The notes under the pieces are model-generated. The model worked only from the letters and a program-made list of their open reading frames with translations, was not told where the DNA came from and did no database searches. This document shows positions 28,067 through 38,320 of a DNA stretch of 64,000 nucleotides, in pieces. Source of the DNA: Bdellovibrionales bacterium (GTDB lineage Bacteria > Bdellovibrionota > Bdellovibrionia > Bdellovibrionales > UBA1609); assembly GCA_965219095.1 (NCBI GenBank), contig CBDCMT010000001.1, forward strand, positions 128,001 to 192,000, written 5' to 3'. Within the stretch, counting starts at the first letter, position 1. Each line of letters starts with the position of its first letter. Made by a program: the position numbers and the translations under genes.

Positions 28067-30532
28067 TTATGTGGGTAAGTTTTTTACTTTTTTTTGCCAT
28101 TTTCCAAGCCAATTCAAGGCTTCTAGAGGAGTCATTTGGTTGAGATTTAGATGATTCAAAGCCTCTAAGAATGCTGTGTTCTTATACTGAAAAAGATTTG
28201 AAGGCTTTTTTGTGCTATCTTGAGACACTTTTTTTCCATGATGAGAATTCTTTTCTAAAGAAAAAAGAATTTTTTTTGATTTTTCTATAACTTGAATGGG
28301 GAGACCAGCTAATTCTGCAACCTGTATACCATAAGATCGATTCGCAACACCCCTTTGAAGAGTGTATAAAAATAACAACTTGTTCTCTTCTTCTGATATG
28401 GACATATGAAAGTTTTTAACCTTGGCATACTTTTTTTCAATACGGCTTAACTCATGATAGTGAGTTGCAAAAAACACATGGGGTTTTAAATGAGTGACTA
28501 AAAACTCTAAAATACTATAAGCTAAACTCATACCATCATAAGTACTGGTTCCCCGTCCTACTTCATCAATAATAACCAAAGATCTCTTACTGGCTAGCTT
28601 TAAAATCCTTCCTGTTTCTTTCATCTCTACCATAAAAGTAGAAAGGCCTTCAGAAAGAAAATCATTAGCTCCAATGCGAGTGAAAATACTTTCATAAATA
28701 GGAAGTTTAGCTTTTTCAGAAGGAATAAAACAACCTATTTGAGCCATAAAAGCACAAAGAGCCACCTGCCTCATTAAAGTGCTTTTACCTGCCATATTAG
28801 GTCCTGTGATTAAAAAAGCTTCGCCTTCTTTCATAAAGATGTTGTTAGGTACAAACAAAGACTCACCCTCCACAACAGGATGACGGGAATGGGATAAGTT
28901 AAGTTCTCCACCTCCTAACTGAGGTCTTGTGTAACTTTTTTCTAAAGAAAGCCAAGAGAAGTTGGCTAAAACATCTTGTTTACCTAAATAACAGGCCCAC
29001 TCCAAAACAGAATCATAAACAGAGAGAACTTTGGTTTTAAGATCTTCAAAAATTTTCTTTTCAAGTTCTACTTTTCTTGAATGAGCTGTTAAAATTTTTT
29101 CTTCTAGAGTACAAAGTTCATCTGTGACATACCTTTCTGCTTGGGTTAATGTTTGGCGAATCTGGTACCTTTCAGGCACTTTCTTTTTATGAGTTTTAGT
29201 GACTTCTATAGAATAACCGAAAACGTTATTATATTTAATTTTTAAAGAACTGATTCCTGTTTTTTGTCTTTCTCTCATTTCTAGTTCGTTAAGAAGTTTT
29301 TGACTCTTAAAACTTAAACCCATTAGTTCATCTAGATTTTTTGATACTCCTTTGCGAATAAAGCCGCCTTCTTTGGTCATGCTAGGTAAATTTTCAAAGT
29401 CACGCATCACTCTTTTTATTTCCTTTTGAATAGCTAGAGGTTTGATCTCAGGATTTAAAAAGGTATAGGCTTTGTGGGCTCTTTCAAGAGACTCAGCTAA
29501 ACTCACCATATCCCGCGGTAGACTATGTTTTTGAGATGCTTTGTAAAGCTTTCTTTCTAAATCTCCTATAAGTTTTAAAGCCTTCCTAAAAAGATTCAAC
29601 TCTTGTTGTTTTTTGATCCAAGCTTCAACTCTATTATATCTTTTTTCCAATGAACTCTTCTCCAGAAGAGGAAACTTGAGCCATTTTTTCAAACACCTTG
29701 CCCCCATAGGAGTTTGTGTTTGGTTTAAGATAAAAAACAAACTTCCCTTTATTTCTCCTTTTGTATTTTTAAAAATTTCAAGATGGCGAAATACCTCAGG
29801 AAGCAATTTCATGCTTTGACACAAACTCTTTTTTTCAAAAAACTTGTGTTGAGGTTTGTTTTGCAATCTTTCTACATAAGAAAGAAGCCTTTCAATAGAT
29901 TCGTATTGCCTGTACTCATGGGGCGAATGAAGTAGTTCATTAAAAACACTCACATGAGTTTTCATTTTGTGAGAAGAGGCTTGCTCTTTTGTAAGCACTA
30001 TCTCTACAGGAGATAAAAGACTTATAAGTGAACTTTTTTGAGATTCTGTTTCATACTCATAATAAAAAGCTTCACTTGTAGAAACATCCCAAAAACAAAG
30101 GGTTTTCTCATCATAAGCACAGATGTAATAAGCAGATAATTCATCTAAACTCTGAGGATCATAAACCATCCCTGGAGTTAAAACTTGAGTTACTTCTCTT
30201 CTAACTAACCTTTTTCTTTCCTGTAAGTCTTTATCCTGTGGGTTTTCTACTTGATCACAAATAGCCACCTTATAACCGTGGCTTAAAAGTTTTCCCACAG
30301 GTTCACTTAAACTATGATAAGGAAACCCACACATAGGTGTTGTATCGCTTTGTTTTTTGTTTCTTGTAGTTAAAGTAATGTTTAAAAGAGGAGCTGAGAT
30401 CTGAGCATCTTCATAAAACATTTCATAAAAGTCCCCCATACGAAATAACAAAATTTTATCCCGATGTTGAGACTTAATAGACCAGTACTGTCTCATAAGA
30501 GGAGTTTGATTTTTATGCTTTTCTACGTTCAT
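28067..30532 (-). CDS. mutS: DNA mismatch repair protein MutS
   Basis: TPLMRQY, FRMGDFYEMF, TGPNMAGKST, STFMVEM, DEVGRGTS, SYGIQVA. Confidence 0.97.
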   Translation of the reverse strand: MNVEKHKNQTPLMRQYWSIKSQHRDKILLFRMGDFYEMFYEDAQISAPLLNITLTTRNKKQSDTTPMCGFPYHSLSEPVGKLLSHGYKVAICDQVENPQDKDLQERKRLVRREVTQVLTPGMVYDPQSLDELSAYYICAYDEKTLCFWDVSTSEAFYYEYETESQKSSLISLLSPVEIVLTKEQASSHKMKTHVSVFNELLHSPHEYRQYESIERLLSYVERLQNKPQHKFFEKKSLCQSMKLLPEVFRHLEIFKNTKGEIKGSLFFILNQTQTPMGARCLKKWLKFPLLEKSSLEKRYNRVEAWIKKQQELNLFRKALKLIGDLERKLYKASQKHSLPRDMVSLAESLERAHKAYTFLNPEIKPLAIQKEIKRVMRDFENLPSMTKEGGFIRKGVSKNLDELMGLSFKSQKLLNELEMRERQKTGISSLKIKYNNVFGYSIEVTKTHKKKVPERYQIRQTLTQAERYVTDELCTLEEKILTAHSRKVELEKKIFEDLKTKVLSVYDSVLEWACYLGKQDVLANFSWLSLEKSYTRPQLGGGELNLSHSRHPVVEGESLFVPNNIFMKEGEAFLITGPNMAGKSTLMRQVALCAFMAQIGCFIPSEKAKLPIYESIFTRIGANDFLSEGLSTFMVEMKETGRILKLASKRSLVIIDEVGRGTSTYDGMSLAYSILEFLVTHLKPHVFFATHYHELSRIEKKYAKVKNFHMSISEEENKLLFLYTLQRGVANRSYGIQVAELAGLPIQVIEKSKKILFSLEKNSHHGKKVSQDSTKKPSNLFQYKNTAFLEALNHLNLNQMTPLEALNWLGKWQKKVKNLPT

Positions 30533-30739
30533 TGCTTTACTATTATTGTCTAGGTTCTCAATCTTCTTTTCAAGAAGAAAGATTTGACTTTTTTCAAATC
30601 ATCTATGAAAAAGTAAGTCAGGAAAAAACTCTCATTTAATGAGTTTTTTTAACCTTTTGCAACATCTCTAGTTCTAATGCATGGTATTATAAAACGAGGA
30701 TAGTACTTGATGAAAGTGATAAAACCTCAAAAGGGAATC

Positions 30740-32146
30740 TTACAAACAAAGCTTCTTTTTAAACAAAGAAAAAAGACCTTGAAAATTACCATTACTCATT
30801 ACTAAGACTACACAAGCTTGTCGGTCCTTATCTAAAAAACTCTTTACTAACTGCAAAGCTTCAGAAGGTGTTTTAAAACTAAAACTTTTTGTTCCCAAAA
30901 CCCTAAGATCTTCTAAGAGCTTTGGAATTGAGAGAGGGAGTTTCCTTTCTTCTTTACTTAAATGCTGAGGAAGAAGAACTCTATCAGCCTCCTTAAGAGC
31001 CCTCACATAATCATTTTGAAAAAAAGAGCTTTGAGATGTATTAGAACAAGGTTCGAAAACAGCAACGACTTTATGGTCTTTAAAGTGCTCTTTGACTGTT
31101 TCAATCATAGCTTTAACAGATGTAGGGTGATGAGCGAAATCTTCCATTAAAATAACTTTTTTACTTTTTGTTAAAATCTCTTGTCTTCTTTTTATACCTT
31201 TAAAAGATGAAAGACTTTGTTTTGTTTTTTCTAAAGACCATGACAGTTGATGCGATAAAGCTATCACAGAAAGAGCGTTTAAGGCGTTGTGTTTTCCTAT
31301 AAGTTTTAAACTCACTTTTTCTAGGAGACTTTCTCCTAAAAAAGATACAGAAAATGTTTGTTCACAAGAAGATTCAATGTATCTTTTTTTAAGACAGTAA
31401 TCAGCTTCATCAAATCCATAAGAATAACAATTAAGATGAGAAGTGTCTGTTTTATCTAAAATATCTTTTATATTTTTATCATGTTGGTAATAAATAAGAT
31501 TTCCTTTTTTAGGAATGCCTTCTACTAAAAGTTTAAAAGATTTTTTTATCTCACTGATGTCTTTATAAATATCTCCATGGTCAAATTCAATACTGGTTAA
31601 AATCACTGACTGAGGTTTGTAGTGTAAAAATTTAGGACGCTTATCAAAAAAAGATGTGTCGTACTCATCCCCCTCTATAATAAAAAGATTTTTTTGAGGA
31701 AAACAAAAAGATTCAGAATGATTAAAAGGAATCCCTCCAACTAAAAAGCCTGGCTCTAAACCATTTTCTTCTGCTATCCAAGCTAGTAGAGAAGTGGTTG
31801 TGGTTTTACCATGAGTGCCTGCCACAACAAAACACTGTCGATTCTCTATTACCCAAAGTTTTAAAGCTTCAGGGAAACTTAAAAACTTAAGATCAAGTCG
31901 TTTCATCTCCTGAACTTCTTCAAAGTGAGAACTTATCACATTTCCTACAATAACATAGTCAGGTTTATGTTGAAGGTTTTCTCTTTTATAACCTTCAGAC
32001 GTCTGAATGTTGTATTTTTTTAATAAACTTTTTGAAGGTTCATAAATATTTTCATCGCTTCCTGTAATTTGGTGGCCTCTTCTTTTTAAAAGAGCTGCAA
32101 AATTAGACATAATGGATCCTCCGATTCCCATAATATGTATTTTCAT
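30740..32146 (-). CDS. mpl: Murein peptide ligase Mpl (MurC-like)
   Basis: VAGTHGKTTT, EGDEYDTSFFDKRPKF, EFDHGDIY, DFAHHPT. Confidence 0.9.
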   Translation of the reverse strand: MKIHIMGIGGSIMSNFAALLKRRGHQITGSDENIYEPSKSLLKKYNIQTSEGYKRENLQHKPDYVIVGNVISSHFEEVQEMKRLDLKFLSFPEALKLWVIENRQCFVVAGTHGKTTTTSLLAWIAEENGLEPGFLVGGIPFNHSESFCFPQKNLFIIEGDEYDTSFFDKRPKFLHYKPQSVILTSIEFDHGDIYKDISEIKKSFKLLVEGIPKKGNLIYYQHDKNIKDILDKTDTSHLNCYSYGFDEADYCLKKRYIESSCEQTFSVSFLGESLLEKVSLKLIGKHNALNALSVIALSHQLSWSLEKTKQSLSSFKGIKRRQEILTKSKKVILMEDFAHHPTSVKAMIETVKEHFKDHKVVAVFEPCSNTSQSSFFQNDYVRALKEADRVLLPQHLSKEERKLPLSIPKLLEDLRVLGTKSFSFKTPSEALQLVKSFLDKDRQACVVLVMSNGNFQGLFSLFKKKLCL

Positions 32147-33057
32147 AAGTATAGGTCCTGAAGTGGAATAATTAGTTTTCCTTTTCTAAGAGTGCTTTTT
32201 ATATTTAAAGGCAAAAGAGCTTGATCTTTGCCATGACCTGAAGGTAGGCCGTAAAAAACAGGAACTTTCACTTCTTTTTTTGCCCAATTTTTTAATACTA
32301 CTTCCAATAAATTTTGTTCTTTTTTACCTCCTTGGGCTATAAATGATCCTAAAAGAATTGCTTTAAGCCCCTTAAGAAGACCTGCTTGTTTGAGATGTAC
32401 AAGCATACGGTGAACTCTATAACTCTTCTCTCCTATATCCTCTAAAAATAAAAAACAACCTGAAACTTCTGGACAAAAATCTGTACCTATTAAGGTTTGT
32501 AAGACAGAAAGATTCCCCCCTTTGGTAACACCTTTTAAATTTTTTACTTTCATAGCTAAAGAGTTCATAGGTTTTAACTGATAAGACACCTCTTTGATCT
32601 GTCCTTCTAAAAATCGTTCAAGCTGCTTGATATATTTAGGTCCTACGACTCCGTCCACAACTCCGTCTAACAGAGGACCATGAAGAGTAGGCCAATCCCA
32701 GAATTTATGGAGAAAAGAATGTAAAGCTGTGACATCACTATATCCTAACAAAACAGATCTCTTTAAGGGCTTTGAAAACTTAGCTAAAAAGGGAAGTAAA
32801 TGCACACAACCATAACCCCCTCTCAAACACCAAATGATTCCACCCTTTTTTAAAGCTTGTTCAAAAGACCGACTTCTTTTTTTTACATGATGGGAGCAAA
32901 GTAAATCCTCTCCAAACAAAGATGACAGATTTTCATTTCTATAGCTTTTTTGTTTTAAATAACTCTCACATAGTTTCAATGATCTTTTTTTGAGACCAAA
33001 GCCAGGAGCTACAACAGAAAGAACAAAAGCTTGTTTTTCATTTGTTTTTTTACCCAT
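32143..33057 (-). CDS. ldcA: LD-carboxypeptidase (peptidase S66)
   Basis: RGGYG, GYSDVT, GGNL, LEDIGE, GHG. Confidence 0.9.
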   Translation of the reverse strand: MGKKTNEKQAFVLSVVAPGFGLKKRSLKLCESYLKQKSYRNENLSSLFGEDLLCSHHVKKRSRSFEQALKKGGIIWCLRGGYGCVHLLPFLAKFSKPLKRSVLLGYSDVTALHSFLHKFWDWPTLHGPLLDGVVDGVVGPKYIKQLERFLEGQIKEVSYQLKPMNSLAMKVKNLKGVTKGGNLSVLQTLIGTDFCPEVSGCFLFLEDIGEKSYRVHRMLVHLKQAGLLKGLKAILLGSFIAQGGKKEQNLLEVVLKNWAKKEVKVPVFYGLPSGHGKDQALLPLNIKSTLRKGKLIIPLQDLYL

Positions 33058-33113
33058 TTTGTACATTTTATATAAGAAATACAAAAAAAGCTACGAAGAT
33101 ATTTAAAAGTTTT

Positions 33114-33161
33114 GCCTCCTCAAAAGAACCTCCGGGAACCCACAGATTCTTTTGAGGAGGC
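33114..33161. repeat. 48-bp hairpin made of two inverted ISL3 right ends
   Basis: GCCTCCTCAAAAGAA...TTCTTTTGAGGAGGC. Confidence 0.9.
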
Positions 33162-33294
33162 ATAATTTCTTTGGTAATTACCCTTAAAAAGCTTGCTCCT
33201 ATTAGGTTGTGAATTTAATTCTTATGGCTTTTATTCTCCCTTCATCTTGCTTTAAAGCTTCTTAAGAATCAACTAATCCATAAGCTCCGAAATC

Positions 33295-33840
33295 TTAATA
33301 AACTAGGCTTTTTAAATAAAAACTCCAGTCAAAAAAGGCTCCGGGATCGGTTTTTCTTCCTGGAGCAATATCACTGTGACCTACAATCCTCTCCGGTACA
33401 ATCTTTGTATAAGATTTCATAAGACAACGTGTAACATCGATGAGCTTTTTGTACTGAAAGTCTGTGTAAGCTTCATCATCTGTACCCTCAAGTTCAATAC
33501 CTATAGAAAAATCGTTGCACCGAGAGCGTCCCTCAAAACAAGAAAGACCAGCATGAAAAGCTCTTTTATGAAAAGGTACAAATTGTATCACTTCACCTGT
33601 ACGCTGTAAAAAAAGATGTGCACTCACTTTAGAATGAACAATGTCTCGAAAAAAGGGATGTTCATTTTCTTGAAGACAGCCTCGAAAAAAATCAATCACA
33701 TGGTTTGAACCATACTCTCCGGGAGGAAGACTGATGTTATGGATCACAAGCAAACTAATGTCTCCTTCATCAGGCCTTTGATCACAATGAGGTGACTCTA
33801 TAAGCTGAGCTTTATCTAAAAGATGATTTGTAATGTTCAT
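33295..33840 (-). CDS. ampD: 1,6-anhydro-N-acetylmuramyl-L-alanine amidase
   Basis: VIHNISLPPG, VSAH, CNDFSIGIELEG, GHSDIAPGRKTDPG. Confidence 0.95.
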   Translation of the reverse strand: MNITNHLLDKAQLIESPHCDQRPDEGDISLLVIHNISLPPGEYGSNHVIDFFRGCLQENEHPFFRDIVHSKVSAHLFLQRTGEVIQFVPFHKRAFHAGLSCFEGRSRCNDFSIGIELEGTDDEAYTDFQYKKLIDVTRCLMKSYTKIVPERIVGHSDIAPGRKTDPGAFFDWSFYLKSLVY

Positions 33841-33841
33841 T

Positions 33842-35215
33842 TCAATCCAAGCTTCCAAAAAGATCTGTAGGGTAGTTGCCGTTAAAACAAGCCATGCAAT
33901 AGGATGGGTTTTGAAGAGAGCTTTTTGTAGCTTGAGCTAAACCCTCTTCACTTAAGTACATAAGGCTATCGGCTCCGATAATTTTACGAATTTCATCCAC
34001 ACTTTTATGAGAAGCTATAAGTTGTTGTTTCGAAGGTGTGTCTACACCGTAAAAACAAGGGCCTATTGTAGGGGGTGCCGCTATACGAAGATGAACTTCT
34101 TTAGCTCCTGCCTGTCTTATCAAACCAATGATTTTCGATGAAGTCGATCCTCTTACTAAAGAATCATCAATCACAACAACTTTTTTTCCCCTTATTATAC
34201 AAGCTTGTGGATTGAGTTTGATCTTTAAACCTGCATTACGAATAGCCTGTTCTGGTTGAATAAAGGTGCGACCTACGTAATGGTTTCGGATGATTGCCAT
34301 TTCAAACTTTAAACCACTTTCTTCAGCAAAACCTAAAGAGGCTGCCATACCACTATCAGGTACAGGCATGACAAAATCAGCATCCTTTACAGGAGCTTGT
34401 TTAGCTAAAATACGGCCTGTTTCTTTTCTCACCTTGTAGGCACTAAGACCAAAGACTTCTGAATCAGGCCGAGCAAAATAAACGTGTTCGAAAACACATT
34501 GAGTTTTTCTTTTTTGTTTTTTAAAAAACCGAGATGAAAGGCCTTTATAGCTTATTTCAACAATCTCTCCAGGCTCTACTTCCCTTATGGTCTTTGCTCC
34601 CATAAGATCAAAAGCACAGGTTTCAGAGGCTACTACATAAGAATCCTCAAGCTTTCCTAAAACTAAAGGTCTAAACCCATAAGAATCACGAATGGCGATA
34701 AGGGAGTTAGAGGTTAATACAAGAAAACAAAAAGCTCCTTCTAATTCCAGAAGACTTTCATCAAGAGATTTTTTTTGAGATAAGAGGTGAACGAAATTTT
34801 CTGTATCATTAGTCCCTTGGAATACAATACCTTTTTTGATTAATTTCTCACGAATCTGAGAAGAGTTTACAATGTTGCCATTATGAGCTACTGCTATTTT
34901 CCCCATAGACGTTTCTGCAGTTAAAGGCTGTACGTTTTTTAAATTATTAACTCCTTTTGTGGAATAGCGGACATGTCCTATAGCGGAGGTTTGAGAAGAA
35001 AATTTATGAAGAACTTTTTGATTGAGAACTTGATGAACTAAGCCTAAACCTTTTTGAATAGAGAACATTTGATCTTCATCTATAGCCACTATACCACAAG
35101 CTTCTTGTCCTCGATGCTGTTGGGCACACAGACCTAGGTAGATCATCTCACCGGCTCTTTTATGGGAGAAAACCCCCATTAAACCACACTCTTCTTTAAA
35201 GCTGTTTGATAACAT
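33842..35215 (-). CDS. purF: Amidophosphoribosyltransferase (propeptide/Fe-S type)
   Basis: EECG, QHRGQE, GHVRYST, VIDDSLVRG, CFYG, CMAC. Confidence 0.96.
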   Translation of the reverse strand: MLSNSFKEECGLMGVFSHKRAGEMIYLGLCAQQHRGQEACGIVAIDEDQMFSIQKGLGLVHQVLNQKVLHKFSSQTSAIGHVRYSTKGVNNLKNVQPLTAETSMGKIAVAHNGNIVNSSQIREKLIKKGIVFQGTNDTENFVHLLSQKKSLDESLLELEGAFCFLVLTSNSLIAIRDSYGFRPLVLGKLEDSYVVASETCAFDLMGAKTIREVEPGEIVEISYKGLSSRFFKKQKRKTQCVFEHVYFARPDSEVFGLSAYKVRKETGRILAKQAPVKDADFVMPVPDSGMAASLGFAEESGLKFEMAIIRNHYVGRTFIQPEQAIRNAGLKIKLNPQACIIRGKKVVVIDDSLVRGSTSSKIIGLIRQAGAKEVHLRIAAPPTIGPCFYGVDTPSKQQLIASHKSVDEIRKIIGADSLMYLSEEGLAQATKSSLQNPSYCMACFNGNYPTDLFGSLD

Positions 35216-35344
35216 ACTTACTTATATTGATTTTTTATGTAAATGTAAAGCAGAGATTAAACACGTCTTACCTCTTCTACTCCTGGCTTCTCCCATAGTG
35301 TCTTACTAAATGGCTTTTTATAAAAATTATGCTATCTTACAATC

Positions 35345-36745
35345 ATGCTAAAGATTTTTCGTTGTATTGATGAACTCATAACCCTCAAAAGAGCTTCTGA
35401 AAAAAAAGCACGCCACATACAAGTAAAGGATCTAAGCCCTCTCTCAAAAGCAGCCTTTATTTCCTATAAAGGAAACATTGTCTGGGTAGGAAAGGATCAA
35501 GACTTAAAACCTTCTTTATTAAAGCCTTACAGACAAAAAGCCAAAGAGTACGTCTTAGAAGGTTTTAGCGTGCTACCAGGTTTTGTGGAAAGTCATACTC
35601 ATCTTCTTTTTGCAGGAAATCGTCAGGATGAGTTCGAAAAAAGAACCCAAGGCTTCTCTTATGAGGAAATTGCTAAAAAAGGAGGGGGTATTTTATCCAC
35701 CATGAGAGCTACAAGAAAGGCCTCCTTAAAAGAGCTTATTCGTAAAGGTCAAATTTACACAGATCGCTTTGTAGCTCAAGGTACTTCAACTCTAGAAATC
35801 AAAACAGGTTATGCTTTAAATCTTAACGGAGAGTTGAAAATGCTAAAAGCTATTAAGAGCTTAAAAGGGCCTCGCAAAATCACAACGCTTTTAGCTCTTC
35901 ATGCTCTTCCCCCTGAGTTCTCCTCATCTCACCACTATACAAGGTTTGTAATAGAGAAGCTCTTACCTAAAGTTATTCATTTGATTGATCGTGTTGATAT
36001 TTTCATTGAAAGATCTTATTTTGACTGTCAAGATGCTGAGGAATTTTTCAAAGCTTGTAAAAAATTGAATTTAAAATTAACAGCTCATACAGAACAAATG
36101 AGTCTTACAAAAGGTTATGAGTCGGCTCTTCGTCATAAAGCTCACTCCGTTGATCATTTAATTTGCCTTGATAAAAAAGGTATTACAAAAATAGCAAAAT
36201 CTTCCACTACAGCTACTCTTTTACCTGTTTGTGATTTTTATCTCAAATGTAGTTACCCTCCTGCAAGACAGCTTCTTGATCAAGGAGCTCGTGTGGCTTT
36301 AGCAACAGATTTTAATCCCGGCTCTTCACCAAGCCAAAATCTTTGTTTCGCAGGAGTTTTAGCAAGACTCGAAATGAAGATGAATTTAGCTGAAGTCTTA
36401 GTTGCTTATACTTTAGCAGGAGCCTATGCTTTAGGACTTGAAACTCAAATAGGTTCTTTAGAACCTAAAAAATCTGCCGACTTTTTAGTCTTAAAAGGTA
36501 GCTACAAAGAGCTTTTTTATAGCATAGGACACCATCCTATCTCTCAAGTTTTCTGCAAGGGAAAGAAAATTTTTTCTCAAAAAGGACAAATTGCTATAGA
36601 GTATGTACTGATGTTATTAATCCTCGCAAGCCTTGCTTTTTTGATCATAAACCTCACCGTAAGTGAAGAAGGTTTTATGACAAAAAAATGGATTGAAGTG
36701 ATTGATTTTATAGGAAAGGACTCAGTTGATGATCTCGAATTCTAA
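35345..36745 (+). CDS. hutI: Imidazolonepropionase with a C-terminal Flp/Tad pilin-like extension
   Basis: ESHTH, GGGILST, EIKTGY, ATDFNPG; after the normal end (...VFCKGK) continues KGQIAIEY plus a TM helix. Confidence 0.92.
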   Translation: MLKIFRCIDELITLKRASEKKARHIQVKDLSPLSKAAFISYKGNIVWVGKDQDLKPSLLKPYRQKAKEYVLEGFSVLPGFVESHTHLLFAGNRQDEFEKRTQGFSYEEIAKKGGGILSTMRATRKASLKELIRKGQIYTDRFVAQGTSTLEIKTGYALNLNGELKMLKAIKSLKGPRKITTLLALHALPPEFSSSHHYTRFVIEKLLPKVIHLIDRVDIFIERSYFDCQDAEEFFKACKKLNLKLTAHTEQMSLTKGYESALRHKAHSVDHLICLDKKGITKIAKSSTTATLLPVCDFYLKCSYPPARQLLDQGARVALATDFNPGSSPSQNLCFAGVLARLEMKMNLAEVLVAYTLAGAYALGLETQIGSLEPKKSADFLVLKGSYKELFYSIGHHPISQVFCKGKKIFSQKGQIAIEYVLMLLILASLAFLIINLTVSEEGFMTKKWIEVIDFIGKDSVDDLEF

Positions 36746-38267
36746 AAAATACATTTTAGCTATTGACCAAGGTACGACAGGAACCACTGTTGTCCTTATT
36801 GATAAAAGGGGACAAATCTGTCATAAAGCCTATACGGAATTTAAACAATATTTTCCCAAAGCAGGATGGGTGGAGCATGACTTAGAAGAGGTTTGGAAAA
36901 GTTTTACACAAAGTCTAAAAAAACTTTTAGATCTTTCAAAAATTTCTCCTAAAAATATCTTATGTATTGGTCTTACCAATCAAAGAGAGACTGTAGGAGC
37001 TTGGGACAGAAAAACTCATAAACCTTTGGCAAAAGCTATTGTGTGGCAATGCCGTCGCACTTCGGATTTCTGTGAAGTTCTTAAAAAAAGAGGTTTAGAA
37101 AAAGTGATAAAAACAAAAACAGGACTTGTTTTAGATCCTTATTTTAGTGCTTCTAAAATAAGATGGTTTTTAAAGTCCGGCCTTTCTTATAGAAAGCATA
37201 AAAACTTAGTTTTTGGCACAATAGACACTTATCTTCTATTTCGTTTAACTTACGGACGATCTTTTAAAACAGATGTTTCTAATGCTTCTCGCACTCAATT
37301 AATGAATTTTAAAACAGATCAATGGGATAAAGAACTTTTAAAAATCTTTTCTGTAAAAAGCACAAGCTTAGCTGAAATTACATCAAGTTGCGGTTTACTG
37401 GGCAAAACTTACAAAGTTCCTTTCCTACCCAATGGAATTCCTATATCAGGTATGTTAGGGGATCAGCAGGCTGCTCTTTTTGGGCAGAATTGTTTTCAAA
37501 AAGGTGATGTGAAATGCACTTTTGGAACAGGAAGCTTTGTTCTTATGAATACGGGAGAAGAAAGACTTTTTTCTTCATCAGGACTTTTAACCACAGTAGC
37601 TTGGAGGATTCAAAACAAAACTACCTACGCTCTTGAAGGAGGAGCTTTTGTGTGTGGAGCTTTAGTGCAATGGTTAAGAGATGGACTTCAACTTATCTCT
37701 TCGTCTTCTGAAGTTGAAGCTTTAGCCCGAAAAGTCAAAGATTGTGAGGGTGTTATGATCGTTCCCTCTCTTACAGGTTTAGGAGCTCCTTATTGGGCTA
37801 GTTCTGTTACAGGCCTCATCTCTGGCCTAACAAGAGGGACTACCTCTGCCCATATAGCTCGTAGTTGCTTAGAGGCTATGGCTTTTCAAAATGTGGACCT
37901 TCTTTCTTGTATGGAAAAAGATCTGAGAAAAAACTTAAAAACTATACGAGTAGACGGCGGAGCTAGTGCTAACTCTCTTCTTTTACAAATACAATCTAAT
38001 CTTTTAGGTTATAAATTACAAAGGCCTAAAAATATAGAAAGCACATCTTTAGGAGCAGGCTTTATGGCAGGTTTAGGAGAAGGGATGTGGAAGAGTTTCA
38101 AGGATATTCATAAAACCTGGAAATTAGATAAAGACTTTTCTCCTAAGATATCCTCTCAAAAAAGACGTAGAAAGCTTAAGTTATGGCACAAAACCGTCAT
38201 GAAAGCTTTGTTTTCTGATACAAGTCCCTCTCATTTTAAAAAATGTCAAAAATTCATTCAAAATTGA
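36729..38267 (+). CDS. glpK: Glycerol kinase
   Basis: IDQGTTGT, TNQRET, AIVWQCRR, GDQQAALFG, RVDGGA. Confidence 0.96.
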   Translation: MISNSKKYILAIDQGTTGTTVVLIDKRGQICHKAYTEFKQYFPKAGWVEHDLEEVWKSFTQSLKKLLDLSKISPKNILCIGLTNQRETVGAWDRKTHKPLAKAIVWQCRRTSDFCEVLKKRGLEKVIKTKTGLVLDPYFSASKIRWFLKSGLSYRKHKNLVFGTIDTYLLFRLTYGRSFKTDVSNASRTQLMNFKTDQWDKELLKIFSVKSTSLAEITSSCGLLGKTYKVPFLPNGIPISGMLGDQQAALFGQNCFQKGDVKCTFGTGSFVLMNTGEERLFSSSGLLTTVAWRIQNKTTYALEGGAFVCGALVQWLRDGLQLISSSSEVEALARKVKDCEGVMIVPSLTGLGAPYWASSVTGLISGLTRGTTSAHIARSCLEAMAFQNVDLLSCMEKDLRKNLKTIRVDGGASANSLLLQIQSNLLGYKLQRPKNIESTSLGAGFMAGLGEGMWKSFKDIHKTWKLDKDFSPKISSQKRRRKLKLWHKTVMKALFSDTSPSHFKKCQKFIQN

Positions 38268-38271
38268 CGAG

Positions 38272-38299
38272 TTGACAAAAACCTCAACTTTAAGTAAAG
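38272..38299 (+). promoter_or_regulatory. Putative sigma70 promoter of sodB
   Basis: TTGACA-N16-TAAAGT, then AAAGGAG RBS. Confidence 0.55.
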
Positions 38300-38320
38300 T
38301 AAACCAAAAGGAGAAAATCT

